Assembly (NCBI GenBank): GCA_945902075.1
Contig: CAMDMA010000003.1
Coordinates: 5,022-69,021, forward strand
Direction of reading: 5' to 3'
Length of the DNA: 64,000 bases
Source: Candidatus Kuenenia stuttgartensis
Lineage (GTDB): Bacteria > Planctomycetota > Phycisphaerae > Phycisphaerales > SM1A02
In this document: positions 55,385-64,000 of the stretch, piece after piece
Layout of the letters: each line of letters opens with the position of its first letter
Numbering within the stretch: the stretch's first letter is position 1
Notes under the pieces: generated by a model
The model's database searches: none
What the model saw: the letters and a program-made list of their open reading frames with translations, nothing else
What the model was told of the DNA's origin: nothing
Position numbers and translations under genes: made by a program

Positions 55385-55471
55385 CGGACAGGGGGAGATT
55401 CGAACTCCCGATACGGCAAGCCGTATACAGCATTTCCAATGCTGCTCCTTCAACCGCTCGGACACCTGTCC
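55385..55471 (-). tRNA. tRNA-Ser (anticodon GGA)
   Basis: 87 nt, class II. The acceptor is GGACAGG/CCTGTCC, the anticodon stem is CAGCA/TGCTG with loop TTGGAAA, there is a long variable arm, and the T-loop is TTCGAAT. Confidence 0.9.
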
Positions 55472-55772
55472 CAAGGCGGCGGAGTGTACAGATTCCCGTG
55501 TCGGGGGAGGGTCGGGGCCCGCAAGTGTCACGCGGCTTCTTCTTGATTTCAATAGAACGGCTTACCGGCACTTGACGCAGCCGCAAACAGGGCAGTACTG
55601 CCAGTTGCGTCATGAGATCACGGTTTTTCGCGCAACTAATTTCGCGGTGACTGCGCATGATGCCGATCTTCCATTGCAAGGTTCTGTGCAATCGCTCTGG
55701 ACCTCGTGGCGTTCCCTCGGTGTCGGCGACCGATGGTGGCGTGGAGAGATTTTCTGTTCCGCAGGGAGACAA

Positions 55773-55860
55773 GGACAATCGGTCTGGGCTGGACAATCGG
55801 TCTGGGCTGGAAAATTGGTCTGGGCTGGAAAATAAATTTGGGCTAGACAAAAATTTGGAC
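55773..55860 (+). repeat. 5 x 18-bp progressively degenerating tandem array
   Basis: GGACAATCGGTCTGGGCT x2, GGAAAATTGGTCTGGGCT, GGAAAATAAATTTGGGCT and AGACAAAAATTTGGAC. It is intergenic, about 110 bp upstream of the GTG at 55973. Confidence 0.9.
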
Positions 55861-55972
55861 CGATGTGCGGTCTAGGTAATCGTTCGGGTTGTGCCTCTCC
55901 CGAGAGAGTGGCAAAGTGTCGTAACCCGCGCCTCGTTTTTCAAGCAAACCTCTTCAAAACTTTCGATCGTCC

Positions 55973-56929
55973 GTGCTTCAACGCTTCAACAAGTTCTTCG
56001 ATCGCATCTCGATCGTCACGCTGTTTTTGGTGATGGTCTTGGCGGCGTACTTTTTGGCGACCGAGCCAATCGCCTATCAAAAAGCGATGGCACTGACATC
56101 GACGCCGTTGCCGCCAACCGATTGGTCTGAAGGTCAGGTACTGGATGCACGAGCCGTCATTGGCGCAATTCCGTACCGCGGCTCCGAGCGGGTTTACGAC
56201 GTCCTTCCGCAAGTGCTCTACGAGAAGTGCATCTTGCGGGGACTCGGAAACTGTGCCAATAAGACGCGCGGACTTTGCTTCTATCTCGAGCAAAACGGGA
56301 TTCCTTTCGAGCGCATAGACCTCATCCCCCTTGAGGGATTTCTCTCTGGAAACGGGCACACGCTCGTTCAGACGCGATTCATGCTCGACGGTGTTTCTTA
56401 CGTCGGGGTGATCGACATGCTTGAGGGCGCCATTCCCACGTTCCGGGGTGCGCCGATGGACAGTAATCAGTTCCGAGTCGCAGTTCCACACTCGATTTCG
56501 CTCGCAACCTTGAACCCACGTGTCGATGACTCCTCGGACTACTACGGGAGTTTCCTAGAAGCTGTTGCGTTCGGCGCGGTGGATGGTCGGTCGGTCGCGC
56601 GGTATTTCCGCTACCTCGATGCCGTGCATGTCTCGCTTGGCGATGCCCGGATTGAGCGACTTTTCTGTAGCGCGAGTGCTGTCGTACTTGGTGTCTTTCC
56701 AATGACCCACGTCACCCCGGCTGATTACGCGCGGCTCCGTGGGTCGAGCCCTCGTGTGTTCCTCGCCGCACATGTGCTCACGTGGGCTGCGCGGGTATTT
56801 CTTGTTGCAGTCGTGCTTGGCGCCCTGTGCAGGGTGTTTCGTTTCATATTGCGCCAAGTCGGGCAATCGCTTCCGCATCGCCTTCCGGTGGCCGGGGGCA
56901 GCGGGCAGGTGTCGTCGAACCGCGCGTGA
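55973..56929 (+). CDS. Hypothetical membrane protein, possibly transglutaminase-like/papain-fold
   Basis: 318 aa with N- and C-terminal TM helices. GNCANKTRGLCFYLEQNGIPFERIDL..NGHTLV resembles the Cys..His core of transglutaminase-like enzymes. GTG start. Confidence 0.45.
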   Translation: MLQRFNKFFDRISIVTLFLVMVLAAYFLATEPIAYQKAMALTSTPLPPTDWSEGQVLDARAVIGAIPYRGSERVYDVLPQVLYEKCILRGLGNCANKTRGLCFYLEQNGIPFERIDLIPLEGFLSGNGHTLVQTRFMLDGVSYVGVIDMLEGAIPTFRGAPMDSNQFRVAVPHSISLATLNPRVDDSSDYYGSFLEAVAFGAVDGRSVARYFRYLDAVHVSLGDARIERLFCSASAVVLGVFPMTHVTPADYARLRGSSPRVFLAAHVLTWAARVFLVAVVLGALCRVFRFILRQVGQSLPHRLPVAGGSGQVSSNRA

Positions 56930-56944
56930 CGCGAGCCGCGTCGG

Positions 56945-58219
56945 GTGCCTTACGATGGGCAGATGGCCCCATCGGCTTCTCCCAACACGCGTGTGCAACT
57001 CGCCGTCCTCGTCGCCGCGCTTGGTTATTTCGTCGATCTCTTCGACCTCGTACTCTTTTCGATTGTTCGTGTGCCGAGTTTAAAAGCGCTTGGCGTGACT
57101 GATCCCGATGCGCTTCGAACAGTCGGCAAGCATCTTCTCGATATTCAACTCATCGGCATGCTGCTCGGCGGTATCGCGTTTGGCGTGCTCGGCGACCGCA
57201 TCGGACGGACGAAAACTCTGTTCGGATCGATCTTCCTCTATTCGATCGCGAACATCCTGAATGCGTTTGTGACCGATGTTTCACAGTATGAAATCTTGCG
57301 CTTCGTCGCAGGCTTCGGCCTCGCTGGTGAACTCGGTGCGGGAATCACATTGGTCGCCGAGATCCTTCCAACCGCGAAGCGTGGAATTGGTACGACGGTC
57401 GTTGCCTCGGTCGGTCTCATGGGCGCAGTTGCGGCAGGACTCGTCGGAAGTGCATTCGCGTGGAACCACTGCTATCTCATCGGCGGCAGCCTTGGACTCG
57501 CGCTACTCCTGCTTCGAGTGGGCGTCGCCGAGAGCGGGCTCTTTGAGGAGTCAAAGGTAAAGGCGGCGGAACGTGGTGTTTCTCGGGGAAATCCGTTGCA
57601 GCTGCTGTGGCCGCCGCGCCGACTGGCGCGTTTCTCGCTGGTCGTACTTTCGGCGATGCCAATTTGGTTTGTTGGTGGCGTGATGTTTATCTTCGCGCCT
57701 GAGATCGGCCGCGCGATGGGGATCGCCGAGCCAATCATGCCAGCAAAGGTCATCTTCTGGGCGTATCTCGGCGTGGTGCTCGGTGACATCGCGAGCGGCA
57801 CGATTTCGCAACTGGTACAGAGCCGAACGCGCACGATGCTCGGCTTCCTCGCGGGTCTCGCGGCATCAATCGCGCTGTTCTTTGCGGTTGCGCCGCGCGG
57901 TGCGCAGGAATTTTATTGGATGATGTCGCTCGTCGGCGCGGCGACTGGATACTGGGCGATCTTCGTCACAACCGCAAGCGAGCAGTTCGGCACGAATCTT
58001 CGCGCGACTGCCGCGACAAGCGCGCCAAACTTTGTTCGCGCGATGGCGGTACCAATCACATCGATTTGGCTTGCACTCATCGGCACCGCGGACGCACCCG
58101 GCATCGACACCGTCACGGCAACCTGGGTGCTCGGAATATGCTGCGTCTCAATCGGCATGATCGCGACACTTGCGCTCGACGAGACCTTCCACCGCGATCT
58201 TGACTATCTCGAGCACTAA
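56945..58219 (+). CDS. MFS transporter
   Basis: 424 aa, about 12 TM helices, with GVLGDRIGRTKT (the MFS loop 2-3 motif). Confidence 0.8.
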   Translation: MPYDGQMAPSASPNTRVQLAVLVAALGYFVDLFDLVLFSIVRVPSLKALGVTDPDALRTVGKHLLDIQLIGMLLGGIAFGVLGDRIGRTKTLFGSIFLYSIANILNAFVTDVSQYEILRFVAGFGLAGELGAGITLVAEILPTAKRGIGTTVVASVGLMGAVAAGLVGSAFAWNHCYLIGGSLGLALLLLRVGVAESGLFEESKVKAAERGVSRGNPLQLLWPPRRLARFSLVVLSAMPIWFVGGVMFIFAPEIGRAMGIAEPIMPAKVIFWAYLGVVLGDIASGTISQLVQSRTRTMLGFLAGLAASIALFFAVAPRGAQEFYWMMSLVGAATGYWAIFVTTASEQFGTNLRATAATSAPNFVRAMAVPITSIWLALIGTADAPGIDTVTATWVLGICCVSIGMIATLALDETFHRDLDYLEH

Positions 58220-58221
58220 TC

Positions 58222-60300
58222 ATGTCACTCTTCCCAAACACACTCGTGCTGCTTTCAGCACTGAATCTCACGCCTCCTGAGGTGGAACCGCGCTCGGTCG
58301 CGCGCATGCCGGATGCTGGGAAGCTCTCTGCGTTCCACGAACTTCTCGCGAGCGAGCCTCATGTCGCAGGGACGCCCGGTGATACGCGCACGATCGAACG
58401 AATCGCCGCCGCGTTTCGCGCGTTTGGTTCCGATGCGGATGGCCGTCCTCTCGCGGGTTTCGAAGTGGAAGTGCAGGAGTTTTATCCATTACTTACGCGA
58501 CCAGTAAAGGGAAGTCTCGAGATCGTTGGTGCGCCAGTCGCGCCACTCGGTTCGCGTCGCGGCGTACTCTCGCTTGGCACGAAGGAGCCAAACCTTGCGA
58601 TCGATCCCGCGACGGCGCACCCCGACCTTGATATCGCGTGGAACGCGTGGAGTGGTTCGGGGGTCGCGGAGGCCCGCGTCGTCTATGTGAACTATGGAAG
58701 ACGTGAGGATTTTGCTCTCCTCGCCGAGCTCGGCGTGGATCCCCGCGGCAAGATCGCCCTCGCGCGGTACGGCGGGAACTTTCGTGGTTACAAAGCGAAG
58801 TTCGCCGAGGCAGCGGGCTGTGTGGGCCTCGTCATTTTCACCGATCCCGCCGATTCCGGATTCACCAAGGGAAAGACCTGGCCCGATGGCGGCGGCTGGG
58901 CAAACGCCGACTGTATCCAGCGCGGCTCGCTTGCCACGCTTCCGTACATCGGCGATCCGCTCACGCCCGGGCGCATGGCGACGAAGGATGCCGAGCGCCT
59001 CGATCTGGCGACTGTTGCGCTTCCGCGGATTCCGGTGCAGCCGATTGGGTATGGCGCGGCGCAGCAGATCCTCGCACGGATGAAGGGTCAGGCTTCGCCT
59101 GAGGAGTGGCGCGGCGGGCTTCCGTGTGGATATCCGCTTGAGGACAGCGAACTGACTTTGCGGCTTGAAGTCGAGCAAACCAGAGAGATCTCGCGTACGG
59201 CGAATGTGATCGCGCGACTCCGCGGGGCGAAGTCTCCCGATGAGGAGGTCATCGTCGGTGCCCATCACGATGCGTGGTGTTTCGGCGCAGCCGACCCGCT
59301 CGCGGGAACGATTTGCATGATGGAGTCGGCGCGAAACTTTTGTGAGCTCGCGCGCGCCGGTATTCGAGCCGACCGGACGATTGTTTTCTGCGCATGGGGC
59401 GCAGAGGAGTACGGAATCTTCGGTTCCACGGAGTATGTCGAGGGCGACGCGGCGGCGCTTTCGCAGCGAGCGGTTGCCTATATCAATCTCGATATGGCAG
59501 CGATGGGTCTTTCGCCGGGCGGCGCAGTTTCACCAACGCTTCGCGCCGCAATCACCCGTGCTCTCGCCGCGGCGCCGGGTCCGCGTGGTCAAGGTACAGC
59601 GCTTGCCGCGTGGTCAAAGTCGCCCGCAGGTGCTCCGGCGTTTGGTGACCTCGGCGGTGGCAGCGACCACGTTGGTTTCTGGTGTCACGCGGGAATTCCC
59701 TCGGTTTCGCTTTCAACGGGTGGAAGTGAAGGCACGAGCTATCACTCAAATTACGACACGGTCGCGTGGTATCGCGCGACAGTTGGCGATGACTACGCGG
59801 CGGCCTGTCTTGTGACTGGGATGACGAACGCAATGCTTGCCGGCCTCGCCGACACCTCCACCGCCCACATCTCAGCCACAGAGCTCGTTGACGACTGCGT
59901 GAAGCAGGCCAAGGCACTCGCGAAACTGGCCGCCGACCGCGGGGTCGGTACTCCTGCGCTTGACGCGCTGGCCGCGGCATTTGAATCTTGTCGGGACGCT
60001 GCCGGAGCTGCTGATGCGTTGGCTTCCGGCGCTGGGGCACCGGATCTCCGTTCGCTTCGCGAGATTTGGTGTTACGCCGACGGTATTCCCGGTCGGCCAT
60101 GGTTTCGGAATCTCTACGCAGCGACGGACCGCTTTACCGGCTATGGCACATCGCTTTGGCCGATGCTGCGCGAAGCGATCGAGGACGCGACGCCCGGCGA
60201 TCGAGATGCCGCAAGGGCCGTCGATTCGGCGACCGCGACCTATCGGTCTCTCGCGGAAAAACTCGCAGCGATCCTCCTGCGGGCGCCTCAAGGCGGCTGA
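58222..60300 (+). CDS. M28-family peptidase, glutamate carboxypeptidase II/transferrin-receptor-like (PA + M28 + dimerisation domains)
   Basis: LASEPHVAGTPGD, the PA-domain region GKIALARYGGNFRGYKA, VGAHHDAW, WGAEEYGIFGSTEY, and the C-terminal helical domain. Confidence 0.8.
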   Translation: MSLFPNTLVLLSALNLTPPEVEPRSVARMPDAGKLSAFHELLASEPHVAGTPGDTRTIERIAAAFRAFGSDADGRPLAGFEVEVQEFYPLLTRPVKGSLEIVGAPVAPLGSRRGVLSLGTKEPNLAIDPATAHPDLDIAWNAWSGSGVAEARVVYVNYGRREDFALLAELGVDPRGKIALARYGGNFRGYKAKFAEAAGCVGLVIFTDPADSGFTKGKTWPDGGGWANADCIQRGSLATLPYIGDPLTPGRMATKDAERLDLATVALPRIPVQPIGYGAAQQILARMKGQASPEEWRGGLPCGYPLEDSELTLRLEVEQTREISRTANVIARLRGAKSPDEEVIVGAHHDAWCFGAADPLAGTICMMESARNFCELARAGIRADRTIVFCAWGAEEYGIFGSTEYVEGDAAALSQRAVAYINLDMAAMGLSPGGAVSPTLRAAITRALAAAPGPRGQGTALAAWSKSPAGAPAFGDLGGGSDHVGFWCHAGIPSVSLSTGGSEGTSYHSNYDTVAWYRATVGDDYAAACLVTGMTNAMLAGLADTSTAHISATELVDDCVKQAKALAKLAADRGVGTPALDALAAAFESCRDAAGAADALASGAGAPDLRSLREIWCYADGIPGRPWFRNLYAATDRFTGYGTSLWPMLREAIEDATPGDRDAARAVDSATATYRSLAEKLAAILLRAPQGG

Positions 60301-60565
60301 AGCAATGGGAACCGGTGCGTTCGCGCCCGGGGATCGACTTTTGAGCCATCTGGCGAAGGTTCACGACCCGGGCGTCGACCTGTTTGCGCACCCGCACACC
60401 ATCTGAGTTCGATTCGTCCGTTGATTCCACGATTCGGCGTGAACTTGCAATAGACGTGCACCGTTTCCGTCGTATCTTTCGAATATCGGCGTTCCCCGGT
60501 CGACTGCGCTCCGCAATCGTCCGACCACACGACCACACGACTTGATTCGCCCGCAGAGATCCACC

Positions 60566-62038
60566 ATGTTCAAGAAGTCTGCTCTCGCTGCACTGTTCAA
60601 CACGTCTTCCACGACTCGACTTATGACAACGCGCGCCAGGACGATGTCTTCATCAATGGCCGCAGCGGTTGTCGCCTCGGTCGCTGCGCTCGCCGTCGCT
60701 CCGGCGGCGGACGCGCAGGTCGGAAGCATCCGAACGAAGCGTATCGTGGCAACCGGGTTGGTCTACCCAACCTATGTCACACACGCCCCCGGTGACGCAA
60801 GCCGACTGTTTGTGCTCGAAAAGGCTGGTCGGATTCGAATCGTCGACATCTCCGGTGCCACGCCGACTCTGTTGACAACGAACTTCCTCAACATCGATCC
60901 GATTGTCACCGGCGGTGCTTCGACGGGCGATGAGCAAGGACTCCTCGGTCTCGCGTTTGACCCAAACTACGCGAAGAACGGCCAGTTCTACGTGTACTAC
61001 ACCGGGACCGGAACCAACAACCTCGCACGCTACACGGTGTCGAGCAATCCGAATGTCGCCAATGCGACCGGTGTTGTCATGATGACTTGGTCCGACCCGT
61101 TCACCAACCACAACGGTGGCTGGATCGACTTTGGTCCGGATGGCAATCTCTACATCGCAACGGGCGATGGTGGCAGCGCCAATGACCCGAACAATGCCGC
61201 GCAGAATCTCACCTCGCGCTTGGGCAAGATTCATCGCATCAAGCCGTCGGTTGGCGGAGCGTCGCCGTACTACACGGTTCCGGCGACGAATCCATATGTG
61301 GGCGGCGTGACCACCGACGACACCATTTGGTCGTTCGGCATGCGCAACCCGTGGCGCTGCTCATTTGACGCCGATACCGGCGACTTCTGGATCGGCGATG
61401 TCGGCCAGAATGCGGCTGAGGAAATCGACTTTCAGGTTGCCGGTGCGGCCGGCGGTCGCAACTATGGCTGGCGCTGCACCGAGGGCACCTTGAATACCGG
61501 TCTCACCGGCTGCACCTTTGGCTCGCCCTCGCTCACGGGGCCGATCCACACCTATGGCCACGTTGCTGGCACGACTGGCGGCTACTCGCTCACCGGTGGC
61601 TACGTGTACCGCGGCTGCCGCATGCCTGAGCTCCAGGGCACCTACTTCTTCGCCGACTACGTGAACAACAATGTTTGGAGCTTCCGCTACAACGCGGCGA
61701 CCAACACGAAGACACAGTTCACTCTTCGCAACACATCGATTACCCCATCGATTGAGTCTGCTGTTGTGAATCAGATCGTGAGCTTCGGCGAGGATGCGAA
61801 CCGCGAGATGTACATCGTCGACCACGGTGGCCAGATCTTCAAGATCATTCCATCGACCGGCGACGGCACCTGTGCGCCTCCGTGCGCGGCGGTGGACCTT
61901 GATTGCAACGGAACCATCAACGCGGCCGATCTTGCGGTGCTCCTCGGAAACTGGGGCGGAAGCGGCGCGGGCGACATCAACGGCGACGGTGGCGTCGATG
62001 CGACAGATCTGGCTGCGCTTCTCGGCGCTTGGGGCTGA
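60566..62038 (+). CDS. PQQ-dependent sugar (glucose/sorbosone) dehydrogenase-like beta-propeller with a C-terminal dockerin-like module
   Basis: ATG 60566 (signal peptide). GLLGLAFDPNY..FYVYYT, HNGGWIDFGPDGNLYIATGDGG and GKIHRI are present. The C-terminus is DLDCNGTINAADLAVLLGNWG..DINGDGGVDATDLAALLGAWG. Confidence 0.75.
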   Translation: MFKKSALAALFNTSSTTRLMTTRARTMSSSMAAAVVASVAALAVAPAADAQVGSIRTKRIVATGLVYPTYVTHAPGDASRLFVLEKAGRIRIVDISGATPTLLTTNFLNIDPIVTGGASTGDEQGLLGLAFDPNYAKNGQFYVYYTGTGTNNLARYTVSSNPNVANATGVVMMTWSDPFTNHNGGWIDFGPDGNLYIATGDGGSANDPNNAAQNLTSRLGKIHRIKPSVGGASPYYTVPATNPYVGGVTTDDTIWSFGMRNPWRCSFDADTGDFWIGDVGQNAAEEIDFQVAGAAGGRNYGWRCTEGTLNTGLTGCTFGSPSLTGPIHTYGHVAGTTGGYSLTGGYVYRGCRMPELQGTYFFADYVNNNVWSFRYNAATNTKTQFTLRNTSITPSIESAVVNQIVSFGEDANREMYIVDHGGQIFKIIPSTGDGTCAPPCAAVDLDCNGTINAADLAVLLGNWGGSGAGDINGDGGVDATDLAALLGAWG

Positions 62039-62077
62039 CATTTCGATCTGTCCCTTGTGACTTCACGGCAACTTTCG

Positions 62078-62111
62078 CGAGGCCCCGGTTTGCCGGGGCC
62101 TCGTTCTTTTT
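62078..62111 (+). terminator. Rho-independent terminator
   Basis: CGAGGCCCCGG tttg CCGGGGCCTCG followed by TTCTTTTT, 40 nt after the stop at 62038. Confidence 0.75.
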
Positions 62112-62126
62112 CGGTACGCTGTTCGG

Positions 62127-62906
62127 GTGGAATCACTTCTTTCGATCTTCGCGCCAGAGAACCTGCTGGCCTTTCTCTCGCTGACAGCACTCGAAATCGT
62201 GCTCGGTGTGGACAACGTGGTGTTCATCGCCGTGCTGTCGGCACGGTTACCACCCGAGAAGCAGCGCCTCGCGCGACGCGCAGGCCTGATCGGCGCGATG
62301 TTTATGCGCATCGGACTCCTCGCCGCAATCGACTGGGTCCGCGGACTGACTGGTGAAGTCTTCAGCGCAACAGTGCTCGGCAGAGCATTCACCTTCTCGT
62401 GGAAAGACATCATTCTGATCGTGGGCGGATTGATCTTACTCTTCAAGTCGACGCGCGAGATTCACCACATCTCAGCGGGCCCTCACCTTGATGCCAAGCC
62501 GAAATCAGTCACGCTCGGCGGTGTCATTGCCCAGATCATGCTGATGGACCTTGTGTTTTCGCTCGACAGTGTCATCACCGCCGTTGGAATGGCAGAGCAC
62601 CTCCCAACGATGATCGTTGCGGTCGTCGCCTCGGTCGGAGTGATGATGTTTGCTGCGGAGCCGATTTCCAATTTCGTGGAGAAGCGTCGTTCACTCAAGG
62701 TTCTCGCGCTGTCGTTTCTGATTCTCATCGGCGTCATGCTTGTCGCTGATGGCTTTGGAACCCACGTCTCGAAGGGCTATATCTACTTCGCGATGGCTTT
62801 CTCACTTGGGGTCGAAATGGTGAACTATGGCGCCGATCGCCGAGCGCAACGCGCCGCGGCAGCTGCGCTTGAAGCGAGAGAATCTGGACGATCACGATCG
62901 TCCTAA
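62127..62906 (+). CDS. TerC-family integral membrane protein
   Basis: LALEIVLGVDNVVFIAV and the repeated ..DLVFSLDSVITAVG motif. GTG start. Confidence 0.8.
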   Translation: MESLLSIFAPENLLAFLSLTALEIVLGVDNVVFIAVLSARLPPEKQRLARRAGLIGAMFMRIGLLAAIDWVRGLTGEVFSATVLGRAFTFSWKDIILIVGGLILLFKSTREIHHISAGPHLDAKPKSVTLGGVIAQIMLMDLVFSLDSVITAVGMAEHLPTMIVAVVASVGVMMFAAEPISNFVEKRRSLKVLALSFLILIGVMLVADGFGTHVSKGYIYFAMAFSLGVEMVNYGADRRAQRAAAAALEARESGRSRSS

Positions 62907-62930
62907 TCAACCGACAGAAGGAACGCGACC

Positions 62931-64000
62931 ATGCTGCGTACAGTGTTTCCCACCGTGACTCCCACCGTGACTCCCATCGTGACTCTCATCGTGACTCTCG
63001 CGTGGGCATCCGCGTGGCTCAGTTCTCCGCTGCTGCCTGCAGTGTTTGCAGCGTCACCCATTGTCGCCACCCAGCAAGCTGCCACTTCGAAAGCCGCCAC
63101 CTCGAAAATCGCCGCTCCGCAGGCCGCCTCTGCGATCGTTGTGGCTCCCGAAATCATGGACCTCGGGGCAATTGAGCCTGGCTCGACTCACCCCGCGAAG
63201 TTCACGCTGATCAACACCGGTGCGCGCGAAGTGACTGTTCTCGGCGCAGTTCCCAATTGCAAATGCACTGCGATCAGCGACATCAAGGGCAAGCGTATTC
63301 CGCCCGGGGGGACGCTTGAACTCTCAGCTTCGCTCGCCGCGCCGCGCGCACCCGGCGTAAAGGAGGCGGTCGTATTCCTCACCTTTGAGGGTGCGGCGCC
63401 CACCAAGGCGACCATCAAGGGCGATGTCAGACTCAAGGTTGTTGCGGAGCCTCCGTATGTCGACGCACTAAAGGATGTCACCTCGGGCTCGGTCAAGTTG
63501 CGCGCCGCCGATGGCAAGCCCTTCTCCGTGTTGCGCTCGGGTGGTCGGGACCCGGTGTTCGTGGGCTTCGATCCGAAGACCGACGCGCCGCGGGCTGAGT
63601 ATGTGATCGCATGGGATCTCTCAGGCCGCGCATGCGAAGCGATGCCGATCTGGTGGTTTGTGTTCACGGATCGGCCGGATTGTCCGGCGATTCCGCTGCG
63701 CGTGCGCGATGAGTGCACAGGCTCGAAGGCAGACATGGGTCGATTTGGGCGCTTCTGGATTGCGAAGGAAGGGCTCATCGACGCGGGTCTTGGTTTGATC
63801 GGCACGGCAAGCGAGGTCGAGATCGATCTCGACCACTACAACCCCGCGAAAAAGGGCGCGATCGAGCGTGTCGATTGGAGCGCGGTCAAGGCAGTGCGCT
63901 CGCTGTCTCCAATCGCGGATGCCGCGTTCATCTCGAAGCGTGATGTTGGCGCGGATGTCGTCGTCGTCAAACTCGCGATCACGCCAAAGCAGCCGGGGCC
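62931..64000 (+). CDS. DUF1573-domain secreted protein; 3' end lies outside the window
   Basis: Absent from the ORF track because there is no stop in the window. I translated ATG 62931 to 64000 without hitting a stop, and GAAGGA lies 9 nt upstream. MDLGAIEPGSTHPAKFTLINTGAREVTVLGAVPNCKCTAI fits the DUF1573 pattern (FDFG.V..G......F...N.G...L.I..V...C.CT). Confidence 0.6.
   Translation, partial: MLRTVFPTVTPTVTPIVTLIVTLAWASAWLSSPLLPAVFAASPIVATQQAATSKAATSKIAAPQAASAIVVAPEIMDLGAIEPGSTHPAKFTLINTGAREVTVLGAVPNCKCTAISDIKGKRIPPGGTLELSASLAAPRAPGVKEAVVFLTFEGAAPTKATIKGDVRLKVVAEPPYVDALKDVTSGSVKLRAADGKPFSVLRSGGRDPVFVGFDPKTDAPRAEYVIAWDLSGRACEAMPIWWFVFTDRPDCPAIPLRVRDECTGSKADMGRFGRFWIAKEGLIDAGLGLIGTASEVEIDLDHYNPAKKGAIERVDWSAVKAVRSLSPIADAAFISKRDVGADVVVVKLAITPKQPG
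62949..62996 (+). repeat. 4 x 12-bp in-frame tandem repeat inside the N-terminal signal region of the DUF1573 gene
   Basis: CCCACCGTGACT x2, CCCATCGTGACT and CTCATCGTGACT, encoding PTVTPTVTPIVTLIVT. Confidence 0.9.

Noticed and set aside
55465-55471. tRNA-Ser 5' end (GGACAGG) sharing 7 nt with the motif core
   Set aside because: The similarity stops after 7 nt (GGACAGGTGTCC versus GGACAGGCATGC). It is too short to argue that the motif family derives from the tRNA, so it is treated as coincidence.
54768-55850. 360-aa minus-strand ORF
   Set aside because: It reads antisense through the SMUG1-type glycosylase gene and straight across tRNA-Ser and its hairpin. It is Arg/Ser/Pro-rich with no recognisable motif.
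62039-62126. yybP-ykoY (Mn2+) riboswitch upstream of the TerC-family gene
   Set aside because: The spacer is only 88 bp and is largely occupied by the terminator hairpin of the upstream gene. I could not see the conserved riboswitch helices or GGAGAGUAG-type elements.

Overview
High-GC bacterial chromosomal segment. The gene content points to a Planctomycetota/PVC-type genome, but this is inference only. It includes a PEP-CTERM tail, DUF1573, dockerin-like C-termini, Gfo/Idh/MocA plus xylose-isomerase-like TIM-barrel pairs, and Sel1/TPR proteins. I can support about 55 protein-coding genes and 3 tRNA genes (Val-CAC, Pro-GGG, Ser-GGA, all on the minus strand), plus several hairpin terminators.

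The coding content is mostly housekeeping and carbohydrate metabolism:
- Housekeeping: proC, accA, a DksA-like gene, lspA, truB, rmuC, prfC, tatA, mltA.
- An X4-type ABC importer operon.
- An ABC-2 exporter pair.
- A rhamnose catabolic cluster: isomerase, kinase, fused aldolase/dehydrogenase, mutarotase.
- GH13 and GH29 glycosidases.
- Two beta-carbonic anhydrases.
- Several secreted proteases and peptidases.

I see no rRNA, CRISPR array, prophage or recognisable defence system.

The most unusual signal is non-coding. A strictly intergenic 20-nt motif, AATCNNGGACAGGCAWGCWT, occurs nine times in the first 21 kb and is usually preceded by tandem iterations of its 5' half.
- Two inverted motif pairs enclose homologous interiors of about 250-280 bp. 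These MITE-like elements bracket a glycosyltransferase gene.
- Direct motif copies bracket an IS200/RAYT-like Y1 transposase gene and the ABC importer operon.

Many other spacers carry 12/15/18-bp tandem arrays.

Other points of interest:
- A STAS-domain protein embedded in the ABC importer operon.
- A Cys-poor DksA-like protein with a histone-H1-like repeat tail.
- Dockerin-like modules on two unrelated secreted enzymes.
- Two gene-poor gaps.

All functional calls come from reading the translated ORFs by eye. No database search was run.
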